From the NCBI GenBank assembly GCA_973895155.1, contig OZ316898.1, positions 10,568,286-10,632,285 of the forward strand: a DNA stretch of 64,000 nucleotides, given 5' to 3'. Made by a program: the position numbers and the translations under genes. Under the pieces are notes generated by a model. It was given only the letters and a program-made list of their open reading frames with translations, did not search any database and was not told the DNA's origin. Below are positions 9,283 to 21,290 of the stretch, piece after piece (within the stretch, counting starts at the first letter, position 1; each line of letters begins with the position of its first letter). This stretch comes from Marsupella aquatica. Lineage: Eukaryota; Plantae; Marchantiophyta.

Positions 9283-11628
9283 TCATTTTTGCTCCAAATG
9301 TTCCCAAAGGGATGGATCATTGTAGTCTTCAATGATCAGAGAAGCACCAGCTGCAAGAAGATTATCTTTGATATGTCCTGTTGTCAATCCAACCACTGAG
9401 ACCCCTGCAGCCACACCTGCTCGAAGTCCTGCTGGTGAATCCTGGCAAGAAAATTTTGGCACAGCAGTTACTACCCTGACATTTAGTAAATGCCCGACCA
9501 TCACTCCTGCTCTTTGTGCTATTGCAGTTGCTACTGATGTAAATTTTTATTTAGTACACCACTTTCAAAGTCCCCTGACGGATCCAAATGACAGGCCAAA
9601 TGACTATAATTCTGTGTGCTGGGGAAGGACCAAGGAAACATTTCAAACTGTAGCTTTGAAGATAACTTGCCTCAACATCATGTGAAGATGCATGACTTCA
9701 ATGCACTAACATGTGACTAGTGCTCGGTGATGTGGGATACAATTCAGATAAGCTATAAGGTATGCACTTACTTCAAAAATGATGGTATTGTTAGGTGATG
9801 TGGGATACAATTCCGATAAGGTATGAACTTACTTCAAAAATGATGGTATTATCAGGGGCAACTTCGAGGTGTTGTAGAGCTTTCAGGTAAGGGTCAGGAT
9901 ATGGCTTGGGACGTTCACATTCATTCCCAATCACAACAATCTCAAAGAAATTGGTCAGCCCCAAGGCTTCAATAACTTGCTCTACATTGTCACGAGGAGA
10001 GTTTGAAACAGCTGCTCTTCGAAGTCCTCGCTCTTTGATCCAATCGACCAGCTTCATAAGGCCAGGAATTGGTGTTGTATGGTCCTTTGCAAGGCTGGTA
10101 AACATCTAACAATGTTAGGTTCTCCACAGAAATATCAGTGTGGGCCATATTTCTTCTTTCAGTTCATCTTACGCATGAGCCTTACTATCTCTTACAAATA
10201 TCTGGACAAGGACAAGTTCAAAGCCTTGGGGTAACATTAGAACTATTATGTCTGCTTTGGTTATTATATTACACAATGAGTGAATGTTGTCTCAAAGATT
10301 TGTCACACTTTTGAAACACTCCTAATATTGGGACATATAAAGCTACAGCATGGTAGTGGTAGCAGTTGTACATGAACATGTCGAGATATGCAACTTCATG
10401 AGGATGGGATTTACTGAGAGTAATGTTCTTGTCACCAAATATGATTGAGTACCTTCTAAACCTGGCTTCCTTTTTGTCTGTAACCTTCTGCCGCTCAGCT
10501 TCAGACAAATCTGGAAAGTGCTCAACGGCAATAACAGTGTTGAGCTTCCCACTGATCTGCTTGAGGAAGTACTCTTTGGTCATGGGTGCTCCCCCTTGAA
10601 ACCCTGTCTGCCACCCCTCTGCCCCTTATCTGATGAGACAAGTACTAATATTTCAGCTAGAAACTCTATGTTAACTGTTCTCGTCATGGTGATGGCAAGG
10701 ACAGCCAGGAGGCTCCACGTCACATATATTACATCAAATACGAGTGTCAACGAAGGAAACTCAAACCTTTGAGAGATAAAACGCTGAAGAGGCATTTATT
10801 CTCAAGTCTAGAGAGGGAGAAAGGGATGCCCAGTTTGTTTTATAAGGCCTTACCAAAAATGGCAAATTATTTCAATTGCTCTATTGTTAGATGCACTGGG
10901 GACTTACAATAGTTCTTATTGCCAGCCACAAAGTGAGGTACTAAGCAATGCAACCTTGCTTACAAGGAACATACTGCTATGTTGTTATATATAGAGAAAG
11001 AGAGACTATATATGAACTTCAATAGAGAATAGAATCTTCAGTGAGAGATAGTTTGGCCAGTGAGGAGGTTATATTGGCCGGCCAATAAAGCACAAGTTTT
11101 AAGGTGAAGCTAGAACTTTTAAGGACTTTCTACATTTCAGCCACACAAGGAGGCTCAATATCTACATCAAAAATGATTTTGTTGTATAGGTCAATTGATT
11201 ACAGGGTTTGTTGAGAAGCATTCATTTTTTCTAATCTTAGCTTGATGTCCCACAAGAAGAGGTGAAAGCTGCTGAAATCAGTTAAATTCATAAGTTCAGT
11301 AATAAGTTCACAAAGAGCTGTAAGAGTAAACTGGGTTACCTAATGTGAGATATTTACTCCTAGGAAACATATCACTGCCAGTAGTGATGGAAGAAATAAT
11401 GACATAAGCTTGGAGACAGTTATTTGATTGAACATATGACACCATAGCCTAAGTAACTAATCTGGGCTGTGGGGAATTATTTAGGGAAGTTGAGCTGGAA
11501 AGCAAGCAGACCTGCTGGAATGTCTCCTGGAAGGCTTGGAAATGAAGTGGATCTGAGTCGGTGAGAGTACCATCCACATCAAAAAGGATTGCCTTGAGGT
11601 CTTTCGCAATAGGTAATGGCTTGCCCAT
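9283..11628 (-). CDS. HAD-superfamily hydrolase (Sgpp/CbbY-like sugar phosphatase), 230 aa; exons complement(11512-11628, 10453-10607, 9833-10094, 9283-9441)
   Basis: Motif I FDVDGTLTDSD, motif II AVSNS, motif III KPYPDPY and motif IV FE|DSPAGLRAG are all present. All introns are GT-AG with consistent phases, and the spliced length is 693 nt ending in TGA. Confidence 0.93.
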
Positions 11629-13987
11629 TGTTCCTTGTTTTTCTGAGATCCCCAGATGAGTGTTGTTAAACAAAGAGGCCTATTTCTAGAGTGAAGTAAG
11701 AGCTATAGGCAAGTTGAATCATACCAGAGGACATATGGCAGACATTGACAAGTTTTCTAAATATGTTTAGGATATACATCTTCCAAATGACAAGGCGGGG
11801 AGTCATACATTTTGGGTCATAAAGAGTTCCTTGTCGTAAAAGGCAATGTTTCATTTAAGAGTACGCACTATATAGCCAACTATAACATCACTGCCATTGA
11901 TTTGGGGTTGGAACCATATAGTAGTGTAATTGCAGAAGGATAGAAAGCTTAGTCAATTTCCACCTCTAATCAAACCAGAGTTTATTATTTGACCAATTGC
12001 ATAAAACCCTACCCTTGCCTAGAGACATGATATTGTATATACAGTGACTAAGGTGAAAGATTGAATTCAAAGTTTCCTGGGTCTTGGCCACGAGCTGCTC
12101 AAAACAAGAAATCAATCCTCCTAGAGACACCCAACGTGCTACACAGTGCTCATCAAAGTGTAGATGGCACAACCTCAATTCATGTGCTTCCTATCTCTAT
12201 TCTCAGCTATAATGGAAAACAGAAATGACATGTATAATCAGATCAAACCAGGGTCCTCTTTGCCTCACCACGCAGGACAAGTAAAGCTTTGATAATCAAC
12301 TCCAATAAATCTTGCCATACAATTTCTCTCTTGTGGGTCTACCAGTCTGAAGAGAAGAGAATTGAGAGAGCATGATACCACCAAGAGAAACAATTATACA
12401 ACAAAATGGGATTGCATCTCTTCACCACATACCTTCCAACGGGAAACCTGTTCGTGGTCCCCGTAGATGCCAAGCTCTATACTGTCTTCAGAAGTCATAA
12501 AGTCACACCTCTTGGACTGGTGAGTACTAAAGTAATAGAGCAGTTGATTTAGGTTTCTCAAGAAAACATCATATTTTCCTTCATTTGAGACCTCAAGTGC
12601 TCTAATAGTTTAACGAGCCATTTTTCACGTGGTCTGACAAATCTACTTTTCATTACAACTTGAGGTCAGGTCCTTTCTTTTGTTTCAAAAGGGTGCTTTA
12701 CTAACAAGTAAAACACAATAGTGGATACACACCAATCCAAACAAGGAGGCCAAGGTGTCTACGTAAACTAGACTAGATGCATCGAGAAAGGTCCGCATTG
12801 CACCAAAGAAACACAGGAAACATCCCACAAAATTTGATGAATCTGCTTCTGACTACAAACCTAGGTCAGGTACACATTTAATGAAAGAAACTAGATTTAC
12901 CAAATTTAATGTGCAATTGCCCCCTAATATTGGGGATAATCTAGGGTAAGGACCCTATCGTATTGGCCCTCTCACCCTGTTGTGACTTTAGGGCTCCTTG
13001 AAGGAGGGTGGATCACAATTGCTGGCCATCCACTCCTGAGTCTAAAACCTGAGGTCTGCCCTCAAGTGATGAACGATTGAGGTGACCTCAGACTGTTGTC
13101 AAAGACTTGATGGCAGAAACCATTGACCAGGTCTGAGAGCTTATGGAATAGACTCCTGACCCTCTCCTTGCAAGTGAACTCTCTTTTGAGTTTGTCCCTA
13201 AAACAAGGTCCCTTTAAAAAGACAAGTAGGGCATCTCAGTTTGATAACTGGCCTGACCAGCATTCGAGACCAGACATTAAAAATCCCAAATTACCAGTCA
13301 TTGTCATTTCTCTCTTAAAACTCTGAAGTCCAGAGTTGCTCTTTCCCTTCTGGGTAACTTTCATGACCAACTTGTTATCGTTTTGAAACAGACTCATTTT
13401 CTTTCCCACCGCACGGTCACCATTCTGTGCTTGCTTCTTCAGCTTTCCCTATCTTCTGTCAAAGCACAAGCTGGAGCAAAAAGGGGACGGAATTGTGAAA
13501 CTTTGTTTTAGAATCGGGAAGCCCTGCCCATGCAACTGGCCAAAAAGCTAGAACAGGAAAATCCTAATTTTATGATGAAAGTAAATGTTGACAAATCCCA
13601 GTGGGCTAAAACAGAGTTAGAGGAGACAACTGAGCCTAACAATGAACAGGCGGTAATACTATCAAGCAAGTTTGAATTGACTCTAAGATTGGACTTTGCA
13701 GTCCCACCAATCCCTGGGGTGGCACTGGTCAAATCATGATCCATGGTTGTAGTTGTAGTTGCATAGAAATTTGAAGAGAGTCAAATCAAAAGGCAATGTC
13801 ACCTCAATTTTTTCCACTGAAGAAGGTTTAAAGGAGGCTGCTTGGCTTCAAAAATGCTTCAGAGACTGTCAAATTTATTTACTTATGCAAAAAATAAAAT
13901 GGCATTGAATGAAAACCCTACCTGCACACAATGAGAATAGAAACACCACAAGATTTGACTTGAACAAGGATGAAAATTGAAGACTAA

Positions 13988-14525
13988 GGGGCACTTTACA
14001 AGACGTCGGGGGCCGTTCGCTTCCTTTTCTACCAAAGCTGAGCCAGCAGCAGTTTCACATGCTAAAAACAGTATACCGGGGCTAATAGAGAATTTAGAAG
14101 ACTTTTATTGCCCCCGACGTCTTGTAAAGGGAACTCTGGCCAGTGTAGCTAGAATCATTGACTAGAAGGCAAACTTGGGACCCACTCCACCTGAATCTTT
14201 GGCTAATGCTGGCTAATCTTTGGCTAATGCTGGTTCTTGTGGGTCCGCATTTATTGAAAACTGCCCATAATAGGAATGGACCAAGCGGCCGGATGAAGGG
14301 ACCTCCAACTGAGGTGGTCTAAAATTCTGGACAAAAAAGAGCTCCACATCGGCAAAAGTTGGGCCCCACTGAAGTCCATGTAGGATCGGCAGAATCAATG
14401 AGCAAAACTGCCCCCGACATTTTCTAAAGTGAACTCCAGCACTATCTCCCCAATGGATGGCCCGGATTGGATCTTGGATGTCAGAAAAGTGAAGGAACTG
14501 CCCCCGACGTCTTGTAAAGCCACCC
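13988..14525. mobile_element. PIF/Harbinger MITE with TAA target-site duplication
   Basis: ~26-bp TIRs ggggcactttacaagacgtcgggggc / gcccccgacgtcttgtaaagccaccc. TAA at 13985-13987 and 14526-14528. Extra internal TIR copies near 14110 and 14410. Confidence 0.88.
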
Positions 14526-16600
14526 TAAGAATCATCAAACTGGACTCTTGGGAAGAGGTGGTGAAATCTGGAAATGAACTGGCATAGTAGGGGAAGGGAA
14601 TAGCTGGAATGTCTTGGACTATGTCTTCCCCTAAATTACTTCAAGTGGTGGGCAGTCAATACTCCTGGCAGTACAGATCTCAAGCATTTGATTCACTGAG
14701 TTTATAGTTCATAGTCCGCTGCCAATCCTCCATTCTGATCTCATGCTGTGTAGACTAAACTCTGGGGAGCAATTTGAGCTATGCTGCTTTGGATTCATAT
14801 ACTACCATTTTATAGATAAAGATGTTAGTGAGTACTGAATCAAAATGTCTCTACTAAACCTCCAAGTTTCATCCCCACAACCACAGGCCACAGAGAGAGT
14901 TGTAGGAGGAAGCTGATGGATATTAGTGACCAGTTGCATTGCATTTGATTCATTCAAGTTGCCTCCAAGGGCCATTTTACACTGCAGGCTGCTCCCAATT
15001 TATTACAGTTCCAATTATAGAAGTGCAAGAAATGGGTGACTGGAGAATGAGTGTAAGTCTCCAAGTTTTAAATCTATTTTAAATTTTGCTGCTTCTAGAA
15101 ATACAACTCCCAATACAACTTACTGTAAGCATGTTAGGAGAATGATTTCTAATCCAAGCTTGAAATCTATTTAGCCCGTCATGCTTGATATGTAACCTCA
15201 TTCTGAGAAACCTTAGTACTCTGGCCCTCTATTGGATACAATATTGAAACTATTCAGTTGCTGCAAACCCTGACAAAAATTCTGAGAAACTTTGTAGTTG
15301 GTTTGAAAGTGAATCTGATAAAAAAACAAATTTCTATATACATTGCTTGATATTTTCTGTTCAACCCAAAGTCTCTTCTTCTATCACAATTGTCAGTTAA
15401 AATGTTGTTTACTTACAAGGACTTCCTTCTCAACGTTGTTCACCCCATCAGCTATCAGTCATCCATATCAGTGCGGGTATCAGTGAAGCTCAGCCGCCAA
15501 ATTGGACATTATTACGCTCAAGATTTTTCTCTTGACAGCCTTGCTGAGTAGAAATTTTGTCACTTGGCTGTACTTGCTGAGTCACTTTTACACTCAGCGG
15601 CCTTGCTGAGTGAAGAATTATAGGGAAAATCCACTTGGCTAACCTTTCTGAGTCACTTATTCAACTTGGTGGCTCCGCTGAGTACATGCAACAAGTGATG
15701 GGAGTGATTGAACCCTGATTCCAGAAACTGATGCTGATTCATGAGGTTGCAACACTCTTCTGGAATTGATAGTGCAAAGAGTTGGAGGCAGTCTTCTGTG
15801 AGTTCTGTTGCTGTGCCCTAATCTGGCTGTTGTCCAATGCGCACCAGCCTGTTTTCCTTCTCTAAGCATTGATATACACTAATTTTGTTTGTCCAGCTCT
15901 CACTTATCTCAGGGAATTTTCCCAGGAAATTTGAAACTAAATCAATAAATCCTTACCAGATAGTTTTTGTGAGGATTTTGAAAATTCTAACCATCAAGAT
16001 TTGGATCAAATACTTAATCCCGAGTTATCACATTCTTTATAACATGAAAGGGTTTTCCTGCCCAAGATTACAAACCAGTTTCATGGCCGAAGTCACTCTG
16101 TATTTCTTTCTTTCGTTCTTTCTTTTTGATATGTTCCAGAGCACCAAGTGCTGCTCGTCTTGATAAAGCTCTCCCCTCAACCCTACCCCTATCCGTGCCC
16201 ATGGAGGACCTCGTTACCCTTTTGAATACGGACTCACTAAAAATCCAGAATTTAAGCCAGTAAAGTTTTTCAATGGTGCCCTTGTGCTCGGGGGATTGCT
16301 TTCCCCAATTCTCTCATGAGCCAAGACTAGGTTGTCTTTCCACTCACCCCATCGTCACCCCCTACCCTTGTTGTGACACACAGGGGTGACACTGAAGAAG
16401 TGTACTGTTGCTCGCATGGTAACCTTCTGTTTGGTGACCTCATTTGCCACAACAGGGATGGAGGGTGACTATGTGAACAATTGAAAGCCACTTATCATAC
16501 TCTTGTGCTTCTTTGAAAAATAAACTCCTTGGCATCTAACAGTATTCAAAATGCTACACCCTTCACTGCTGTTAGTGTTAGCAACTAATTAGTGTGTGTG

Positions 16601-17105
16601 AATTTAGTGTTACTAACAATAAGAGGGGAATAGGGCTTTTGTACACTGATTACTGCATGCTAAGGCAAAGGATTGTCATGCGGAAAACTGGGGTACCCAA
16701 CAGCCATTTGTTTCTTGTTTTTAAACATTAGCCAAGGTGACTACTATTTTACCCTCCAGACAAGCACAGGTCTGGTTATGGAGTATTTGAATTCAATTAT
16801 ATAGTACTTTCTGACTATTGTAGAGTATTTCCTTGCTAACACTCCCCCATAGTGCATTAGGTGGTCGTGAACAAAATTAGAATATTTAAAATTTCAGCCT
16901 GAGTATCATTAGCGTGTTTGTTTTAGGTAAGTGATTGGCTAATTTTTGCCAAAAAAATGGCTGGTACCCACCTTCTTTCCACTTGGAAGATGCCAAAAAC
17001 TATTATTTCCAACACATGAATTTTTATTTTAGTTGACACCAATTTACTACTCTGGCAGAAAGTTTGTTTCACCTAATTGGTATGAGTAACTCAGTAACAC
17101 TAATT
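16601..17105. mobile_element. Degenerate MITE-like element (AATTAGTGTTACT termini), related to 47355-47519
   Basis: aatttagtgttact ... agtaacactaatt inverted ends. The left end plus aacaataag..tagggctttt is shared with the 47.3-kb copy. No clear TSD. Confidence 0.4.
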
Positions 17106-17175
17106 GCCAAGAATACTGTACTGGGTGACCCAAATGGAATCTCAACAAACATTAAAATATTATTCCAGTAAAAGT

Positions 17176-17260
17176 TCTAGACTATTTTCTCGATACATTT
17201 GTTATCTAGACTATTTTCTCGATACATTTACTTATCTGGACTATTTTCTCGATACATTTG
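17176..17260. repeat. Tandem repeat, 3 x 29-30 bp (tctagactattttctcgatacattt)
   Basis: Three near-identical units. Confidence 0.9.
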
Positions 17261-17898
17261 TCGAGCGTAGCCTCCTCGAGTCCATCCGGGTTCTGGTCGA
17301 CAACCTTAGATGCCATAGGAGCTTCTTTTTAGATTCCTTTTCCCCCAAAACGAATTCCAAAAATTCCAAAAGTACCTTTAACAAGAGATTAAATAAAATA
17401 AACGATTTTATTCCCCACTTGTAACTGACTAGTATTGACATCTGGCGATGGCCGACACTAAAATTGTCGTCAGCCCCGGTGATCACCGATGGTTAATACC
17501 GACATCTAGTCAAGTAGATACTGACATATAGTTGTTTTGTAGAAAAGGAATCTTTTATAAACTGAAGCCCCCATAAACCTAATAGTTCAACTAAATTCCC
17601 GGAAGGACCTCCAAAAACTCTTGTGTACTCAGATAGAACTTTCATTGTACACAGTAGCCTGGCCCATCCGGTTTTCAAGGTTCAATTGATGGATCCATCC
17701 AAGTATTACCTATAAATTCTTTTACCACCGAAAATCCCCCAAACGGAACAAGTGAGTTAGTGTATCCAGCGGTCCGAGCTCCGAACCACAGAATCAGCGC
17801 ATGCATGCAGCGTCCTCCTTTTCTATTGTCGTTTCTGAGGACGAACCGCAGCGCCGCTACAACTTGACCTGACTGTATACCGTATATCTCGGTGATCT

Positions 17899-17981
17899 GT
17901 ACACCGTACCGAATGTTGACTTTCCCGTACCAGTAGACACGGTATTATTCTCGTATATCTGTACCCGTAATTCGCGTGTAC
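17899..17981. promoter_or_regulatory. Cluster of five GTAC (SBP/SPL-binding core) motifs in a CpG-rich island
   Basis: GTAC at 17899, 17906, 17927, 17961 and 17978; two occur as CCGTAC. Confidence 0.4.
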
Positions 17982-18289
17982 GTAGGCTCCCTGACTTGTC
18001 GTTTTTAGACCGTAGTGGCTGAAGTGGATACCAAGACAGGTAGCAGCCAGGGTTTAAAACCTAGCGGGTGGCGATTGGAAAAGCAGAGAGAAAGACGGCC
18101 CCCCCCGCTATGATTGTGAAGAGCCGTGTCTTTGAAGATTGCACAAGGTAAAGAAGCAAGGGCTTATTACATCAACAGAATACTCCTGAAATCAATATAT
18201 TCCTGGACGATGTCATGAGCGCTCTGGAAAATGCTGGATGAGACTTCCCTGGATACTACTTCCCGGGATATCTAAATTTATTGTTGCCA

Positions 18290-18449
18290 ATTTGGTCTGG
18301 TCATTCTATGCGGCTCCTTATTGGGCACCATGCATTGCTTATTGTGCACCCTCCATTGCATACAAAGGATGAAGACATGATTGGGTCTGGTCATTCTATG
18401 CGGCTCCTTATTGTGCACCATCCATTGCATACAAAGGAGGAAGACATGA
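18290..18449. repeat. Tandem duplication, 2 x ~70-90 bp
   Basis: ggtctggtcattctatgcggctccttattg...ccattgcatacaaagga.gaagacatga occurs twice. Confidence 0.85.
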
Positions 18450-18959
18450 GGGTGTATGTTTTTATATTTCCAAATACTATGTACTGTAAGACTAATTTAC
18501 ATAAGTGTCACTTTGTTTAACATTAGTCACTTGAGCAAGAGTAACACAGTGGTTGCAATCTTCATTGTGGAAATTGAAGTTCTGAACTCAAGCTTCATAA
18601 GTTGACCACCTTATACACAAACATCTGTCTCAAAGTGGGCTTTATCACTATAGTTTGTACACGAAATCTTGGGTACTTGGAAAACTTGGAGGACCCTCTC
18701 TTCCCACCTAAATTGAAAGAGGTGGACCGACAACATCTAGAAGTGGGACCCAAAGAGTTACAATAAATGAGCTATCCAGGTACTGTACACATGAATCTAT
18801 CTGGAAAGAGGAAGACCATTTCCCCAAACCAACTGGACAGCTTTCACTCATCCCACAAAATTTGTCATGCACTCTTGAAATCTGTCACTTGATACCAATT
18901 AAAGCAGCTTACTCAACCATAGCCTATGTGATTGACCTTTGTGGGGGGGGGGAAGAGAA

Positions 18960-19450
18960 GGGAAAAAAAGCCGGCATTATCACAAGGTTGTGAAAGGAAT
19001 GGAGCAACGGAACGAGAAAACCTCCAGCCAAAGACAGAAAGTGGACAAGAATAAAATCCCCTTAGAGGCCTCGCTATGTAGCACCCTTAATAACGCCACT
19101 GGTGCTACATGTCATGCTCTCAGCTCTCCTCCCAAATCCCCTGTCTCAGGGCAAATTTAGGAATGGTCAGTCAGGCTAGGAGAGCTTTGATTGACACTCC
19201 AAAGCAGCCTGGCTGGAGTCAAACCATATGAGCCAGGCTTGCACTCACAAAAACTTGAACACACAGGCCTCCAAGCTCAAAGCTGACTCTCAGGAAGCAG
19301 CATGAAGAACAGCTGCAACATCAAGTTCTGCCTTAATACTGTGATACCGAATGGGTCCACACCACATTTGGAATGACTCTTGGGGGGGGACTAACAACCT
19401 GTGTGCGTTCCTTTCAGAAGCCCGCTCACAACTAGCTTTTACTCATGAAA
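18960..19450 (-). mobile_element. Possible LINE 3' remnant with RNase H-like motifs
   Basis: The minus strand yields KAELDVA and IWFDS in broken frames, followed by a T-rich tail. Confidence 0.25.
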
Positions 19451-20509
19451 AAATTGCCAGGACATGTATGGCAAGAACATACATGGGAAGGAGACAAAAA
19501 TTGGGCCAAAGTTAAGTAGAGTAATGTGGCTCAATTGTGACCGTCTATCTATATATGCAAGGCCATTGGATATTTATATAAGATGGGCAGGATTGAGCCA
19601 CCTACTCTCACTAAATCTTTCTTTCTCAGTTTTTCCATCCCCTCTAAAGTTGATCAAATTATTCTTGCTAAAGTTAGCTGAGCATATTTAAAATATTCTA
19701 GACCAAATCAAATCAATTTGAGGTGAGAACCACCTGCCAACTGATACTAGACAGTTCAGAAGAACATATGATTCCAAAGTAAAGACATCTTGAGCAAGTT
19801 AAGCCATGCTTTGCTTTTCATTGAACTCATTAGATGGATGAGAGGCTGTATTTATCCATGCCAATGGCTCAGGTCACAAGAGGTTTAAAAGCCCTTGCAC
19901 AAGGAGGTGAGTGCCTATTGTGTTGTAAGGAGGCCCTACCTCACACCAAGGTTTGAATCACTCCATGTAAAATCAACTGTAAGGGCTATGACCTAGTCTA
20001 TGACAAGGTATTCAAGTGTGTATAAAATGAAGGCTTTGAGCATGCCTTGCAGTCTATCCCCTCCCAAGTGTGTAGTGCATTCAGCCGTGGTGTTATGGTT
20101 TCCTTGCGTTCCTTCCTCTTTGTTGGATCTTTTGCTCATTAATGGTTTCACTATTAGAGTTCTTCGTAAAGAGGTTGATTTCGGGTGAGTTGACCATTAT
20201 TTTCACTCAAATTCAGGGTGAGTTCACAGTCAAACCCAGCTACATTGCCTCACTTTTAGACACAGGTTCAAACTGAGAGAAGGCCTCTTCACCCAAAGTC
20301 ACCAACAGTTCCAAACAAGACAACTTCCTCATCAAGAGAGCTACTTCACGTTGATACAGAGCTCTTTTTTTGAACTCATGGTCAGTTTCATGACTCAGCT
20401 GTGTGGGAAGTGATCTCATGGTCAATCAATTTTTGGGTCATCACTGGTATTTCCATTCAGTTCATTTTGGTACAACTCTAGTGTGGTGAAAGAAAGAAAC
20501 AATATTAGT

Positions 20510-21290
20510 TTACTAAAATGGGGCAAACCAGAAAGCAAAAGAGGTCGAGAGAGGACAAACCCCCAACTCAAAAGAAGAGCAAACCCCAAAAACCTAAAGA
20601 GGACAATAATGTAGTCCTCGAAATCAAGTTAGAGACAATATTTCAAGTGAGGTGAAACTGAGGGTAAGGGCCATCTTGCATGTGAAGAGTCCTTTCTTTT
20701 GCGGCCCTCAACTGAGCAGGTGGCATTCAAAGACTCAGTGAAAGTTTTATGCATCAACATCCTCCTAAGGCCGGCCTGACCCCATACTTGATGGAGAACC
20801 AAGGGCACTTGCCAAAAACTTTCCTGCCTTAAAAAGTGCATAAACGAAGCAAGGTTTTGCATCGAAGCATTTTTAGGCCACATTTTGCCATGTGAAATCA
20901 TCGGGAGGAAAATGACAAGAAGTGACATGCAAGTGCTTTGGCAGTTCACACATAACACCTGCAGAGAATCAAGATAAACTATTCACCGACAAATTAGGAC
21001 TGCCAAAGGCTGGATCATGGATCTTGATCATCCATAGAAATGCAAAGAAAAAGTGCATGAGAGATTTTCCAACCGTCATACCCCAAGGCGTGCATCCCCA
21101 ACAATTTGTATTTTGGGCACGTGCCCTTGATAGCAAGTTGAGAAGCCACCTTTTGCTTAATACCCTTGTTACTTTTCTCTTTGTATCTTTCAGTACATTT
21201 ATGAAGAAAATATCCAGTCAAGATTTGGGGAATTATGAAAGTACTTCTTTCCTTTTACTAAAAGTAATAATTCTCTTAGGATTTTAAGTG
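20510..21290 (-). mobile_element. Degenerate L1-like LINE 3' fragment
   Basis: zf-RVT-like CPKY...KISHALFLC in ORF 21015-21221, followed by a T-rich 3' tail at ~20520-20600. Confidence 0.35.

Noticed and set aside
10580-10610. Apparent frameshift in the HAD gene suggested by the ORF track (GFKGEHP / MTKEY)
   Set aside because: Splicing at 10607 gives TGFQGGAPMTKEYF in a single frame, so the gene is intact.
12900-13930. Coding-like stretch with short ORFs on both strands
   Set aside because: Stops interrupt it and no motif is recognisable; it is probably decayed TE or pseudogene sequence that I cannot assign.
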